Origin: Planctomycetota bacterium
GTDB lineage: Bacteria; Planctomycetota; PLA2; JAEUHO01
Direction of reading: 5' to 3'
DNA length: 64,000 nt
Assembly: GCA_965222115.1 (NCBI GenBank)
Contig: CBDCTJ010000005.1
Span: 76,444-140,443 of the forward strand
Position 1 is the stretch's first letter; the number at the start of each line of letters is the position of its first letter. Below, one piece after another: positions 1-9,890 of this stretch. The notes beneath the pieces are model-generated. The model was not told the DNA's origin and searched no databases. It saw only the letters and a program-made list of their open reading frames with translations. The translations under genes and the position numbers were made by a program.

Positions 1-713
1 CGCGCCATGAGATTCGCTTACCGAGCCCTCTCCAACTCCGCACGCCCTATGTAGACCATGAGATTTGCGTAGCGGTGGACGGTTATCGTGGCCGCAAGGG
101 CGCCCGTGTACACCTGTTTGATATGCGCATCGGCAAAGAGCGCTTCAAAACCACACTCACGGGCAAAGCCCAAGTGAAGGCCGTTCAACGCTACAAGGAT
201 AAAGTGTACGTGCTGCGCAGTGACGGTCACCTCGTCACGCTCTCCACCGACAACGGCAAGATCCTTCACGAAACGCGCATTTACCTTGGTGATGGCGTCT
301 TGGTGCGACCGTTCCCTCGCACCGAACTGTTGGTCAACGACACGTCACTCATGATCGTGCCCTGGACAAGTCGCCAGAACGCAGGCGTACTCTGCTACGA
401 ACTCCGCTCTGGCAAGTTGCAGTGGGAACTCCCCTTCGCCGAGAAAATGCGCCATAGCTACGCCCTGTTAGCACAGCACGGCGATACCCTCGTAAGCGTT
501 ACGTCGCATACCAAGCGACGCGAAATGAGCATTACCTTGCGATTGGTGGACCCCAACACCGGCAACGTGCTGTTCACTGCAAAACCTGAGGGCATTTCGC
601 GCGCCAATTGGATGCCCACCGTGATCGTTGGCTACGGAACGCTGGTGGTGTACGGGCGTTCGGGCTGTAGTGTGTTTCGTGGAGCGTCGGAAGCGCCGCT
701 GAAAGTTCGGTAA
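1..713 (+). CDS. PQQ-like beta-propeller protein, C-terminal part (5' truncated by window edge)
   Basis: Frame is open from position 3 to TAA at 711-713. Repeated propeller-blade motifs (LSTDNGKILHE, CYELRSGKLQWE, LVDPNTGNVLF). Confidence 0.6.
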   Translation, partial: RHEIRLPSPLQLRTPYVDHEICVAVDGYRGRKGARVHLFDMRIGKERFKTTLTGKAQVKAVQRYKDKVYVLRSDGHLVTLSTDNGKILHETRIYLGDGVLVRPFPRTELLVNDTSLMIVPWTSRQNAGVLCYELRSGKLQWELPFAEKMRHSYALLAQHGDTLVSVTSHTKRREMSITLRLVDPNTGNVLFTAKPEGISRANWMPTVIVGYGTLVVYGRSGCSVFRGASEAPLKVR

Positions 714-793
714 CGCGCCATACGGTGTCAGGAACGAATTCACACTTTTTGTGGAATGTGAACGGGTCTTGTGCGGTCGTGTGCAGTTCACCT

Positions 794-826
794 CACGCAG
801 GGGCGCCAAGTTGCAGAGGCGCGGAG
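794..826 (+). repeat. Left copy of 33-bp inverted repeat bracketing the Rhs island
   Basis: CACGCAGGGGCGCCAAGTTGCAGAGGCGCGGAG; 32/33 identical to the reverse complement of 11104-11136. Confidence 0.9.
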
Positions 827-1074
827 GGCGCAAGCGATGGGGAACGCGTATAGCGAACGTGCTCAGGGACTGGATGTGGATCGCCGCCTGAAGACGCTCA
901 CACGAAGAGCGCTAAGAAACAAAGCGCAAGCGTTGGGTGGCGCGTCTTGGCGAGGTCGTACACACTCGATGGTGGGACGCAGCTTGAAGAAGAGGCTCTC
1001 ACCAAGGAAAGGCCAAGGGCACCAAGCGCAACCGGACGCGTAGACACTCCCCTCCTTGGGTGATCGAAGGGGAA

Positions 1075-1148
1075 TGGCTCCGAAGGAGCCAAAGCTGATA
1101 GCTAGGGGTGAGCGAAGCGAACCCTGTGTAAGCGAATCTCTGATTCGC
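1075..1148. repeat. REP-like palindrome cluster
   Basis: Hairpins TGGCTCC-GAA-GGAGCCA (1075-1091), GGGT-GAGCGAAGCGA-ACCC (~1106-1124) and GCGAATC-TCT-GATTCGC (1132-1148). Confidence 0.55.
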
Positions 1149-1346
1149 GCCGTGCGCATCGAGGGACCGAATCAAGAGCCGCGTCAATGGGTCACACACG
1201 ACGTCCGCTCAACCGCTCGCACATCCGAGACGACTTGTGTAACGCACGCGTGTCGGTTGTGTCACGCTCGAATTTATGCAACAAGCGTTCACAACAAACG
1301 GTGTTCCAAACTCGCAAAGCCGCAAGCAAGCTATGTTTGAGCGTGA

Positions 1347-1376
1347 TTGACGCGTCGTTCACACGCGGTGTACTGT
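1347..1376 (+). promoter_or_regulatory. Possible sigma70 promoter for the HEAT/Rhs genes
   Basis: TTGACG-N18-TACTGT followed by an AT-rich tract, about 210 bp upstream of the ATG at 1586. Confidence 0.35.
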
Positions 1377-1585
1377 TAAAAACACGATTGTTTTCTTTGT
1401 AAAAAACGTTGAGAATTTCCGCGCCACCGGTTGCGCATATCTCTACTGTCGGCCTTGCGCTGTCGAGAAGCACGCGCACGTCGCCGTGTTCCTCGTTTTC
1501 TCCGCAACGAGCGACAGTCACACATATTGGGGTACGTATCCGCGCCAATCGCGGAGTGGATAGCTTCCCCAGTTAGGGGCACACC

Positions 1586-2821
1586 ATGGCCAACGGCACA
1601 TTGGATAAGAAGAGGAATCGCGAGCCAAATCGGGGCCGCGAGCGTGAAGTTGGTTCCTCGGATCGCGTTGATCGCGCGCAGAAGGTGAGGCGCGCTGCAC
1701 CTGTCGCCGGTGTGATGCTTGTGGCACTTGTAGCAGCGGTGATCACCGCAGCGCCAACGCCGTACGAAGCTGATTTGGCGCTTTTGTCCAATGTCGATGC
1801 TCAGAAGCGCCAAGACGCGAGCGATCGTCTGGGAAAGGGCGGTAGCGAGCAGGCCACAAAGCTCTTGGACGAACTTGCAGGCAAACACTCCGCCGTCACA
1901 CGCGCCGGTCTTGTGCGCTCCCTTTCAAAGCTACCTGTGGGTGGTGATCACGTGAGCGCACTTCGTGATCTCTTGGCGAGTGACAACGTCAACATTGCAG
2001 CAAGCGCCGCGCTGATTCTTCAGAAGGCGCCAAAGGCACGTGACAAGCTCGTTGCTGAGCTTGCAGACGTTCTTGCCGATGATCGCGTAGCCGATGGCGT
2101 CAAGGCTCGTGCAGCGCGTGCGCTCAAGGGAACCACCGGTGCAGGCGCCAAGGCATTGGAGGCTGCGGCAGCGGGTAGCGGGCTCACAAAGCTGGCTGCA
2201 ATTCGTACGATTGGCTTCATCCCAACGTCTGGCCCCGGCAAGCTCGCATCGATCGCCACGGATGAAAAACGCGAAGATCGAGATCGAGTTCTCGCGATGC
2301 GTTCTCTTGGTGAAGTCACGGGCAGCAACGCGAGTTCTGCTTCTTCCCAACTCAAGACGCTCGTGAAGAACACGTCGGGGTTTGTGCGCGAGCACGCCAC
2401 AGCAGCACTTAGTGCGAGGGGCGAGTCTGGAAACACCTCGACGTTCGTCACGCTTGCGAAAGACAAAGACGCGCGCGTTCGGCTGGAAGCACTTCGCGCC
2501 ATTCAGAAGGCGAAGGCAGTTTCAAGCGAGAAATCCACGGTCAAGACGCTGCTATCCGATTCGGATGTTCGCGTGCAAGAACTTGCCTTGCGTCTCGCGG
2601 CCGCTGAGAAGCCGTGGGACTTGTCCGATGTCAAGAGCACATTCGTTTCCGAGCTTGGTTCCAAGAACTTCAAGATCCGTCTCGGTGCTGCCTTAGCGCT
2701 TGCCGCGTATGGCGACAAGGGCGGGCTTCAAACCATGAAGACCGACAAGGATTCATCCACCAAATCCGTCGCGGCCCAAGCCAAGGCCGCGTACGACCTC
2801 ATTGACAAAATCGAAGAGTAG
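1586..2821 (+). CDS. Exported or membrane-anchored HEAT-repeat protein
   Basis: Basic N-region and hydrophobic stretch (VAGVMLVALVAAVITAA). HEAT/PBS-lyase repeats (LAKDKDARVRLEALRAI, LLSDSDVRVQELAL, NFKIRLGAALALA). Alternative starts at 1685 and 1715. Confidence 0.75.
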   Translation: MANGTLDKKRNREPNRGREREVGSSDRVDRAQKVRRAAPVAGVMLVALVAAVITAAPTPYEADLALLSNVDAQKRQDASDRLGKGGSEQATKLLDELAGKHSAVTRAGLVRSLSKLPVGGDHVSALRDLLASDNVNIAASAALILQKAPKARDKLVAELADVLADDRVADGVKARAARALKGTTGAGAKALEAAAAGSGLTKLAAIRTIGFIPTSGPGKLASIATDEKREDRDRVLAMRSLGEVTGSNASSASSQLKTLVKNTSGFVREHATAALSARGESGNTSTFVTLAKDKDARVRLEALRAIQKAKAVSSEKSTVKTLLSDSDVRVQELALRLAAAEKPWDLSDVKSTFVSELGSKNFKIRLGAALALAAYGDKGGLQTMKTDKDSSTKSVAAQAKAAYDLIDKIEE

Positions 2822-2877
2822 GGCGCAACGCATCACCGAAAACCATCAAGCAAGGTGTGAGCGAGATTGGGGTAGAC

Positions 2878-5800
2878 ATGGCCAGCAAGAACAGAAACAG
2901 TCGAAAGCGTTCAAAGAAGGACAGCCGCCCGGAAACACCTCGCCCATGGGTGCATACGCCTCTGGGGCTGGTTGCCGTAGGGCTTGCAACCTACGCTCTG
3001 GCATTCCTCGTGCTAACCGGTGGTCGTCGCATTCTTGCTGAGGCGGCGCCTCCAAGTCCGATCGTCATCACCGACTTCGGAATGAAGGACACGAGCACCA
3101 CAGGAAATCCAAAGGAGTCGTACAACTTGGCCGGGCAGGCTGGCGGCATCTACCAGGTCGATAACGCGAACCGCCATGCGGTTTCGTTCACGTCACTAAA
3201 GCCCGCCCACTCCAACAACGCGGTTCAGCAGATTGACTTGGATAAGACTTCCGGGGATGTCATCTACGGTGCGAGCAACGGTGAGATTGTTCGCGTTGAC
3301 ATGACGACCAACACGTCAACCACTGTCGGAACGGTTTCGGGTGCAGATTTCAAGGTAGCCGCGGCCGACAACAACTCCTCAAGTGTGGATGCCTGGGCGA
3401 TCGACGCGAATACCAACTCGCTTTATGAGTTCAAGTCCAGTGGTCCGTCGGTACTCGGTAATCCCTCGTTTGGTCAGGGTCCAACCGAACTGGCCGGCCC
3501 CAAGCCCGGTAACAACAACGTCGTCGCTTTGGGAGACGGTTCGGCTGAGATCTATCGTCTCGATGTGACGCTCTTAGTTGACTACGACGACACGTTTGCC
3601 GGTACCAATGTCGAGCCGACGGGTCTTGCGGTGGCCGACGCAGACTATTGTTACGTCTCGATCAATGACGGCTCGACAGCAAAGGTCTTGCAGGTTGACT
3701 TGCGGGCATCGACCTTCGGTTTTGTGACGCCTGTTATGGGCACGTACTCAAACGTAAGTGCGGTGGACATTTCTGTTGCCGGTCCATGGGTCACCGTACT
3801 CATGTCGGATAGCGCGAACAACGAGACGACCGCGCGCGTGTTTGATGTCGGCGTTCCAAGTTCGCCGCTTTACGTGGGCAGCGTGGACTTGTCGTTGGGC
3901 TACCAAGCCTACGGCGGGTTGACCACTTCGCTTATTGGCGGGGAGACCTATGACGATCTCGAATTTGTTTGGGCAAACGCCACCCAAGACATGAGCGTGA
4001 CGACTGGACGAGATGTTGACAACGAATGGACCTATGGGACTGCGACAACGGTTGCTTCCGGCTTAAATCCTGTCGTGACACCCGCAGCGCCGGGATCACA
4101 CAATCAAGCGGCGCTCGGCTGCTGCGGGCCTTGTCCACCCTGGGGGCCCGAGGGCCAAGGCGAAGTTCGTCACAACGGCACGTGCGGCACAGCCACGATG
4201 TTTCCGGGTGGGGCAAGTGGCGGAGGCAGGATTCAGGGAAGCACGGGAGGTGCGTTGTCAATCTGCTCACTCGGCTCTTTCCCAGGCAGAGGCAAAGGTC
4301 TAGAGATTGAGCTGACCTATCGGTCACGTAGTAACTTTCCATATCGATACGGGAACGGGTGCAATCTCAGCCAGGATGTCCGCCTCAAGACCGAGACAAA
4401 CGGCGACCTGACGTTTCAAAGTGCGTATGGACGCATGGATACGTATGTAAGCAACGGTGCGGGCGGATTCGTGAGCCCCCGACATTACGACACTACGCTA
4501 GTTGCGAGCGGGTCGGGGCATACGATCACGGATCGATTTGGCCAGACAGCTACATTCGACGCGAATGGATACAGAACCAGTCTGGCGGACAGATATGGCA
4601 ACACTCACACGTTTACCTATTCTTCAGACAAGCTGACGAAGATCACAGATTCACTTGGCCGGATCTACAATTTTAATTACGACACCACGGGCCGACTTTC
4701 AAGCGTAGTAGACTTCGGCGGGCGAACGTGGACACTCAAGTATGATTACATTGGCAATCTGCGGCAACTGACAACTCCCGCATCTGCTCAGTTTCCTAAC
4801 GGCCGTACAACCACATACTCATATTCGCCAAGGAACGCGGACTCCCGGCTCCAGGGCAACTTGATTCATGTAGAGAACCCCGGCGATGAGGTTGTGCAGA
4901 CTCTGAAGTACAATGAGCACGACATGGTCGTTGAAGAAGTTCGAGGCGACACTTCGAAGATCATCAGTTATGACATCACGAACAACCAGACGACCTTCGT
5001 AGACCATGCGGGGAATACGACGCGATGGACTTTTGACGCGAACGCGATGGTGACTGAGACGAAGATTTACACCAAGGGCCTGAGAACCGGGGAACCTACA
5101 GCGTTCACAACCGCATACACAATCGATTCAGTATCAGGATTTGTTAAGGCCGTCGTGTACCCGCGCGGCAACCGAACCGACTACACATATGACAGCTCCC
5201 TCAATCTCACTGAGGTCCGGCACCGGACGACGGACACCAGCACCAACAGCGGCACGGATCTCGTTACCTCGTACCAGTACACGGCCCAATACAACCAAAT
5301 GAGCCAAGTGACCGACCCCAAGGGCAACGTCACGTCCATGACGGTTGATTCCTCTGGGAACACGACGGCCGTATCGCGACCTGCGGTCACGCAGCCGACG
5401 AGCCAGTCCATCGCAGAGACTTTTGCATACGATTCCTACGGGCGCATCACGTCGGCAACCGATGCGGAGAGTCGCGTAACGAATTTTGTGTATTACACAT
5501 CTGGTTCCCAAAATGGATACTTGCACAAAGTCATTCGTGATCCTGACGGGCTCTCGATCACCACGACGTTCCAATATGATCAGTATGGAAACGTAACCTC
5601 TGTAACAGACCCGAGTGGTGCCACGACGACCATCACGGTGGACGCCGAAAACTTTGTTACACAGATACAAGCGCCTACGCCGCTTAACTACAAACGCAAG
5701 TTCACCTACGATGCCAATCGAAATCTCACGCTGCTTGAAACGGAGAACCGCGACAAAGACGGCACGCTCGATCCCACCACGCCCTGGATTGAGACAAGTT

Positions 5801-8800
5801 ATACGTACAACGAGATGGGCTGGCGTTTGACTGCCACCCAAGATCTGACGTCGTCAAGTCAAGCGGTAACGACATATGAGTACGACGGCGAGGGCAAGGT
5901 CACCAAAATTCAAAGCCCGACGGGCGAAGAGACGAAGATCGAGTACGACGAGCGAGCGTTGCTTTTCAAGCTCACGCGGGGCTACGGCGCGGCTGAAGCC
6001 TCGACGATTCAAGTGGACTACGATGCCAACGGCAATCGCAGCAAGACGATCAATGGCGAAGGCGACGCGACGAATTTCACGTACGATCTCTTTGACCGCG
6101 CCACGAAGCGAACGAACGCGCTGAGTCACTATGTTTCTTGGACCTACGATAAGAACGGAAACGTCCTGACGGCGGCAGCCTACAACGCCTCGAACGTGCT
6201 TCAGGCCAAGACGACGAATCATTTTGACGAAGTGAACCGGATCTGGAAGCGTGTTCAGGATCGATTTGGCTCGGGCCTCACGCCGAGTTACCCGACGGTC
6301 ACCATCCAGCACGATAAGACGGGTCGCGTCACCGAGATCAAAGATCCGCTCAACAATAAGACGACCTATTCATACGACACTGCAGGACGCCAGACCAAGG
6401 TCCAAGACGCCGTTGGAAACGAAACCGAGTGGGTCCTCGATGCGCGCGGGCAAGCCACCAAGATCAAGCGCAAGGACATTCCTACGGCAGGCGGTTCCGA
6501 AACGTTTGAAACCGAGTTTGTCTACGATGCCCTGGGCCGCCTAACCTCCAAGCGCGAGATCGACCGGCTCAACGCTTCAAACATTTTGACGACGAATTTT
6601 TCGTATGACAGCCGCGAAAATTTGACCTTCCGAGTAGACGCCGAAGGGAATCCTGTTCGTTGGGCGTACGACCTCGCGAATCGCCAGACGAGCTATGAGC
6701 GCGCGCTTGCTATTGGCACGTCGATTGACGATTTCACCAATAGCATACTTGAGACAGCGAGCTTTGACGCCTCGGGCCGATTGACGTCGGTGACTGACGA
6801 CAATCTGAACACGACGTCCTATTCTTATGACGCCCTTTCGCGCGTGTTCAAGACGACCTTTGCCGACACGAAGTTCGTGACCCGAACTTTCGATAAGAAC
6901 GATCGCGTCAAGACGTGGACGGATCAGAACGGCACCGTGGTTACCAATACCTATGACATGCTGAGTCGTCTGACTTCGCGCACGGTCAATCGCGCCACCG
7001 GTGTCTTGGGAACGACGTCGGAGACCTATTCCTACGATGCGCTAAACCGCATGCTCACCGCGAAAGACAATGACTATGAGGTGCAGTTCACGTATGACAG
7101 CGTGGGCAACGAGCTGAAGGAAACGCAGGGCTACACAGTGACAGGTCAAGAGAAGTGGCGCACCGTCACCTCGACGTATACCGACGCGGGCTCGCGTAGC
7201 GCGATTCAGTATCCGAGTGCCTTCAGTGTGCTTCACCAACGCGACGCCATCTACCGCATGACGGCCATGGTAGATTCCGCGGCCTCCACCAACATCGCGA
7301 GTTTCACATTCCAGGGCGCAGGCCGCCTTGCCAAGACAACCAACCAGAACTCGACCACGACGGACCACGGGTACGACGGCTTTGCGCGTCTCTCGCAGCT
7401 CGATCACAAGAATGGCTCGGCGCAGAGCTTCCACACATTCGACTATTTGTATGACAAAGTCCACAACCGTCGGATGGAGAAGAACTCGTTCAACGCCACC
7501 TGGATCGGCTCGTTACCGACCGGGATCCAGCCCTTCCTGAATGCGCGAAACGGCAAGGGCGATGTCTATGCCTACGATATGGCCTACCGCATGGTGGACA
7601 CGCGTTACGACGTAACCAATCCCGCAACGGAGGTGGGCACACCCGGTTCGCAGACTTACGTCACCAAGCAAGTCTACACGCTCGATGGCCTCGGCAACCG
7701 CAGCCAAACGCAGCAGACTCCGTGGGGCGGCTCAGCCACAACAGTTGCTTACTCGTTCAATGCGATGAATGAGTACACGGCGATTGGCGGTACTTCGCGC
7801 ACACACGATAGCAACGGCAATCTGACGGACGACGGCACGCAGACTTACCACTACGATTACAAAAATCGCTTGGTCGAGGTGCGGGTCAGTGGATCGAGCA
7901 CTGTTGTTGCGAAGTACAAGTACGACGCGCTCGGGCGGCGGGTTGAAAAGCACGTCGTCTCCGGCGCGGTCACGACGCGCTACATTCTCGATGGCCAGGA
8001 CATCGTCGAGGAGTTTGACGGGAACAACACATGGCTTGCGCGCTACTTCCACGAAGACCGTATTGACCATCCGCGGGCGATGGATCGCGCGGACATTGCG
8101 GATGTGGATGGGGACAGCAATACGGCAGAGATTCTTCGGTTCACGTATCACCAGAACGCGCTTGGGAATGTGAGCGAAATTTCAGCGCCCGGTGGCGGAG
8201 TAGTTGAATGGGTGACGTATGACGCCTATGGAAAGGCGACCGTTCGAAACTCGGCGGGGACGACGCAGGGGTCGAGCTATGTTGGAAATCCGTTCTTGTT
8301 CACGGGGCGCGAGTTCGACGCCGAGTCGGGAATGTATCACTATCGTGCGAGGGCGTACGACCCAGAGACGGGGCGGTTCTTGCAGAGGGATCCACTGGGG
8401 TATGTGGATGGGTTGGGGTTGTATGAATACGTGGGAAGCCGGCCGAGCACGTCCGTGGATCCTAGTGGGGCGCTCTCCGAAGCAACGGAGGCAGCGATAA
8501 AGAAAGCTGAGGCCGCCTTTAAAAAATGGGCGGCTAAGAACCAACAGATGCAGTCGTTGGTAGCAAAATTGCTGGCAGAGATCGCGAAATTGAGGAAGGC
8601 CCGTCAGGGCAACGATACGAAGAGGAGGCAACTCAAGAAAAAGAAACAAACGGACGAGTGCGTAAAGGAGATCGCGGTTTTGTCCGCCTCAATCGCGCAG
8701 CAGGATAGTCAAATCAAGAAATTACTGGAACAACTCAAGGAGATCAAGAAGAGTGATGAATACAAGAAGGCCAAGAAGGAAGCGGAAGATGCCAAATCTG

Positions 8801-9204
8801 ACTTCGAAGACGCCCTCAAAGACGCCATTGATGCTATCGACAATGACAATACGACCAGCGGTGATACTGATGGAGAGAAAAACAAGAAGAAAAATAAAAA
8901 GGATGAGAAAGAAGAGGCAAAGGACGGATTGTTCGCGAGAGAGCGAATACATGATCTCATTTGGGAGCATCTGAATAGGGGATCCTGGCCACCCAATGCG
9001 GGAAAGGGAGGAGGGACATTCAAGAACGACGGCCGGGGCGGAACCGACGTAATCCGAGGTGCACCTGCCGGCACAACGTACAGGGAGTACGATTTACCTA
9101 GCGACGCTCAGGACCGCGGAAACAACCGGCTAATCATCGGATCGGATGGTTCGGCGCACGTGACCAATGACCACTACACTCGCATTAGCAACATTGCTAG
9201 ATAG
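2878..9204 (+). CDS. RHS/YD-repeat polymorphic toxin with N-terminal signal peptide and C-terminal barnase/RNase Sa (N1/T1)-like ribonuclease
   Basis: Dozens of YD repeats. Core signature NPFLFTGREFDAESGMYHYRARAYDPETGRFLQRDPLG..LYEYVGSRP..VDPSG (DPSG at 8458-8469). Tip GGTFKN..YREYDL..RGNNRLIIGSDG..TNDHY matches microbial guanyl-specific RNases. Alternative GTG start at 2857. Confidence 0.92.
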   Translation: MASKNRNSRKRSKKDSRPETPRPWVHTPLGLVAVGLATYALAFLVLTGGRRILAEAAPPSPIVITDFGMKDTSTTGNPKESYNLAGQAGGIYQVDNANRHAVSFTSLKPAHSNNAVQQIDLDKTSGDVIYGASNGEIVRVDMTTNTSTTVGTVSGADFKVAAADNNSSSVDAWAIDANTNSLYEFKSSGPSVLGNPSFGQGPTELAGPKPGNNNVVALGDGSAEIYRLDVTLLVDYDDTFAGTNVEPTGLAVADADYCYVSINDGSTAKVLQVDLRASTFGFVTPVMGTYSNVSAVDISVAGPWVTVLMSDSANNETTARVFDVGVPSSPLYVGSVDLSLGYQAYGGLTTSLIGGETYDDLEFVWANATQDMSVTTGRDVDNEWTYGTATTVASGLNPVVTPAAPGSHNQAALGCCGPCPPWGPEGQGEVRHNGTCGTATMFPGGASGGGRIQGSTGGALSICSLGSFPGRGKGLEIELTYRSRSNFPYRYGNGCNLSQDVRLKTETNGDLTFQSAYGRMDTYVSNGAGGFVSPRHYDTTLVASGSGHTITDRFGQTATFDANGYRTSLADRYGNTHTFTYSSDKLTKITDSLGRIYNFNYDTTGRLSSVVDFGGRTWTLKYDYIGNLRQLTTPASAQFPNGRTTTYSYSPRNADSRLQGNLIHVENPGDEVVQTLKYNEHDMVVEEVRGDTSKIISYDITNNQTTFVDHAGNTTRWTFDANAMVTETKIYTKGLRTGEPTAFTTAYTIDSVSGFVKAVVYPRGNRTDYTYDSSLNLTEVRHRTTDTSTNSGTDLVTSYQYTAQYNQMSQVTDPKGNVTSMTVDSSGNTTAVSRPAVTQPTSQSIAETFAYDSYGRITSATDAESRVTNFVYYTSGSQNGYLHKVIRDPDGLSITTTFQYDQYGNVTSVTDPSGATTTITVDAENFVTQIQAPTPLNYKRKFTYDANRNLTLLETENRDKDGTLDPTTPWIETSYTYNEMGWRLTATQDLTSSSQAVTTYEYDGEGKVTKIQSPTGEETKIEYDERALLFKLTRGYGAAEASTIQVDYDANGNRSKTINGEGDATNFTYDLFDRATKRTNALSHYVSWTYDKNGNVLTAAAYNASNVLQAKTTNHFDEVNRIWKRVQDRFGSGLTPSYPTVTIQHDKTGRVTEIKDPLNNKTTYSYDTAGRQTKVQDAVGNETEWVLDARGQATKIKRKDIPTAGGSETFETEFVYDALGRLTSKREIDRLNASNILTTNFSYDSRENLTFRVDAEGNPVRWAYDLANRQTSYERALAIGTSIDDFTNSILETASFDASGRLTSVTDDNLNTTSYSYDALSRVFKTTFADTKFVTRTFDKNDRVKTWTDQNGTVVTNTYDMLSRLTSRTVNRATGVLGTTSETYSYDALNRMLTAKDNDYEVQFTYDSVGNELKETQGYTVTGQEKWRTVTSTYTDAGSRSAIQYPSAFSVLHQRDAIYRMTAMVDSAASTNIASFTFQGAGRLAKTTNQNSTTTDHGYDGFARLSQLDHKNGSAQSFHTFDYLYDKVHNRRMEKNSFNATWIGSLPTGIQPFLNARNGKGDVYAYDMAYRMVDTRYDVTNPATEVGTPGSQTYVTKQVYTLDGLGNRSQTQQTPWGGSATTVAYSFNAMNEYTAIGGTSRTHDSNGNLTDDGTQTYHYDYKNRLVEVRVSGSSTVVAKYKYDALGRRVEKHVVSGAVTTRYILDGQDIVEEFDGNNTWLARYFHEDRIDHPRAMDRADIADVDGDSNTAEILRFTYHQNALGNVSEISAPGGGVVEWVTYDAYGKATVRNSAGTTQGSSYVGNPFLFTGREFDAESGMYHYRARAYDPETGRFLQRDPLGYVDGLGLYEYVGSRPSTSVDPSGALSEATEAAIKKAEAAFKKWAAKNQQMQSLVAKLLAEIAKLRKARQGNDTKRRQLKKKKQTDECVKEIAVLSASIAQQDSQIKKLLEQLKEIKKSDEYKKAKKEAEDAKSDFEDALKDAIDAIDNDNTTSGDTDGEKNKKKNKKDEKEEAKDGLFARERIHDLIWEHLNRGSWPPNAGKGGGTFKNDGRGGTDVIRGAPAGTTYREYDLPSDAQDRGNNRLIIGSDGSAHVTNDHYTRISNIAR

Positions 9205-9257
9205 TACGTTAGAGTTGCGTACTTGGCTTAGACTCGCATCCACAGGAGTACCAGGCT

Positions 9258-9836
9258 GTGTATGACATCGAGGGCTTCTGCGTCAAGGCGATCTCAGAAT
9301 TAAAGAGTGAGTCCAAGATTGAGTTCAGAGAGGGGCTTTCTAAATCGAAAATACTCTCTTATGAAACAGAATTTGATTGCAAGTTTCCACCGGAGTTGAA
9401 GGTTTTCCTTGAAATCGCCGTACCGGTGGGCCACGGTTGGCCCAAGTGGCATGGACGGGCCTCCGATCTGGTTCGAGGCGTTAGAGAGTTCTTCGAATAC
9501 GTCTTTCGCACTGCAATACGCGATGACTATGCGGTATGGGTCCCGAGCAGATGGGGAATTCGACCGACGGATGATAAAGAGGCAGTGTCAATCGCACTTC
9601 AAGACATTCGTTCTCTACCACCACTGATTCCTATCTACAAGATTAGGCATATCCCATCCTTCCCTGCAAAGGTGGGCAATCCAATTTACTCGATCTACAG
9701 TCCGTATGATTCGGTAGTGTACGGGGTGGACTTTCCTGAGTATCTTCACAATGAGTTCGGAGTCAGCGTTCCTGAGGATCACACGCCGCACTTCCGAGCC
9801 GCGCCACATTGGCATGACTTGCTGACCACTTGCTAA
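9258..9836 (+). CDS. SMI1/KNR4 (SUKH)-family immunity protein
   Basis: Directly after the toxin and lower in GC. Motifs GLSKSKILSYETEFDCKFPPELKVFL and PPLIPIY..P..GNPIYSI..YG. Confidence 0.8.
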   Translation: MYDIEGFCVKAISELKSESKIEFREGLSKSKILSYETEFDCKFPPELKVFLEIAVPVGHGWPKWHGRASDLVRGVREFFEYVFRTAIRDDYAVWVPSRWGIRPTDDKEAVSIALQDIRSLPPLIPIYKIRHIPSFPAKVGNPIYSIYSPYDSVVYGVDFPEYLHNEFGVSVPEDHTPHFRAAPHWHDLLTTC

Positions 9837-9890
9837 GATACCGCAAAGGATAACCGTGCCGAGATACCAGATACCGCAGATACCGTGCCG
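9836..9890 (+). repeat. Imperfect tandem duplication built from AGATACC(G) units
   Basis: AGATACCGCA..GATAACCGTGCCG, AGATACC, AGATACCGCA-GATACCGTGCCG. Confidence 0.7.

Noticed and set aside
714-1585. Short ORFs (771-1043, 1056-1340 and others) or a tRNA/ncRNA in the long intergenic region
   Set aside because: No recognisable protein motifs, RBS or cloverleaf. The ORFs run through repeat and hairpin sequence.
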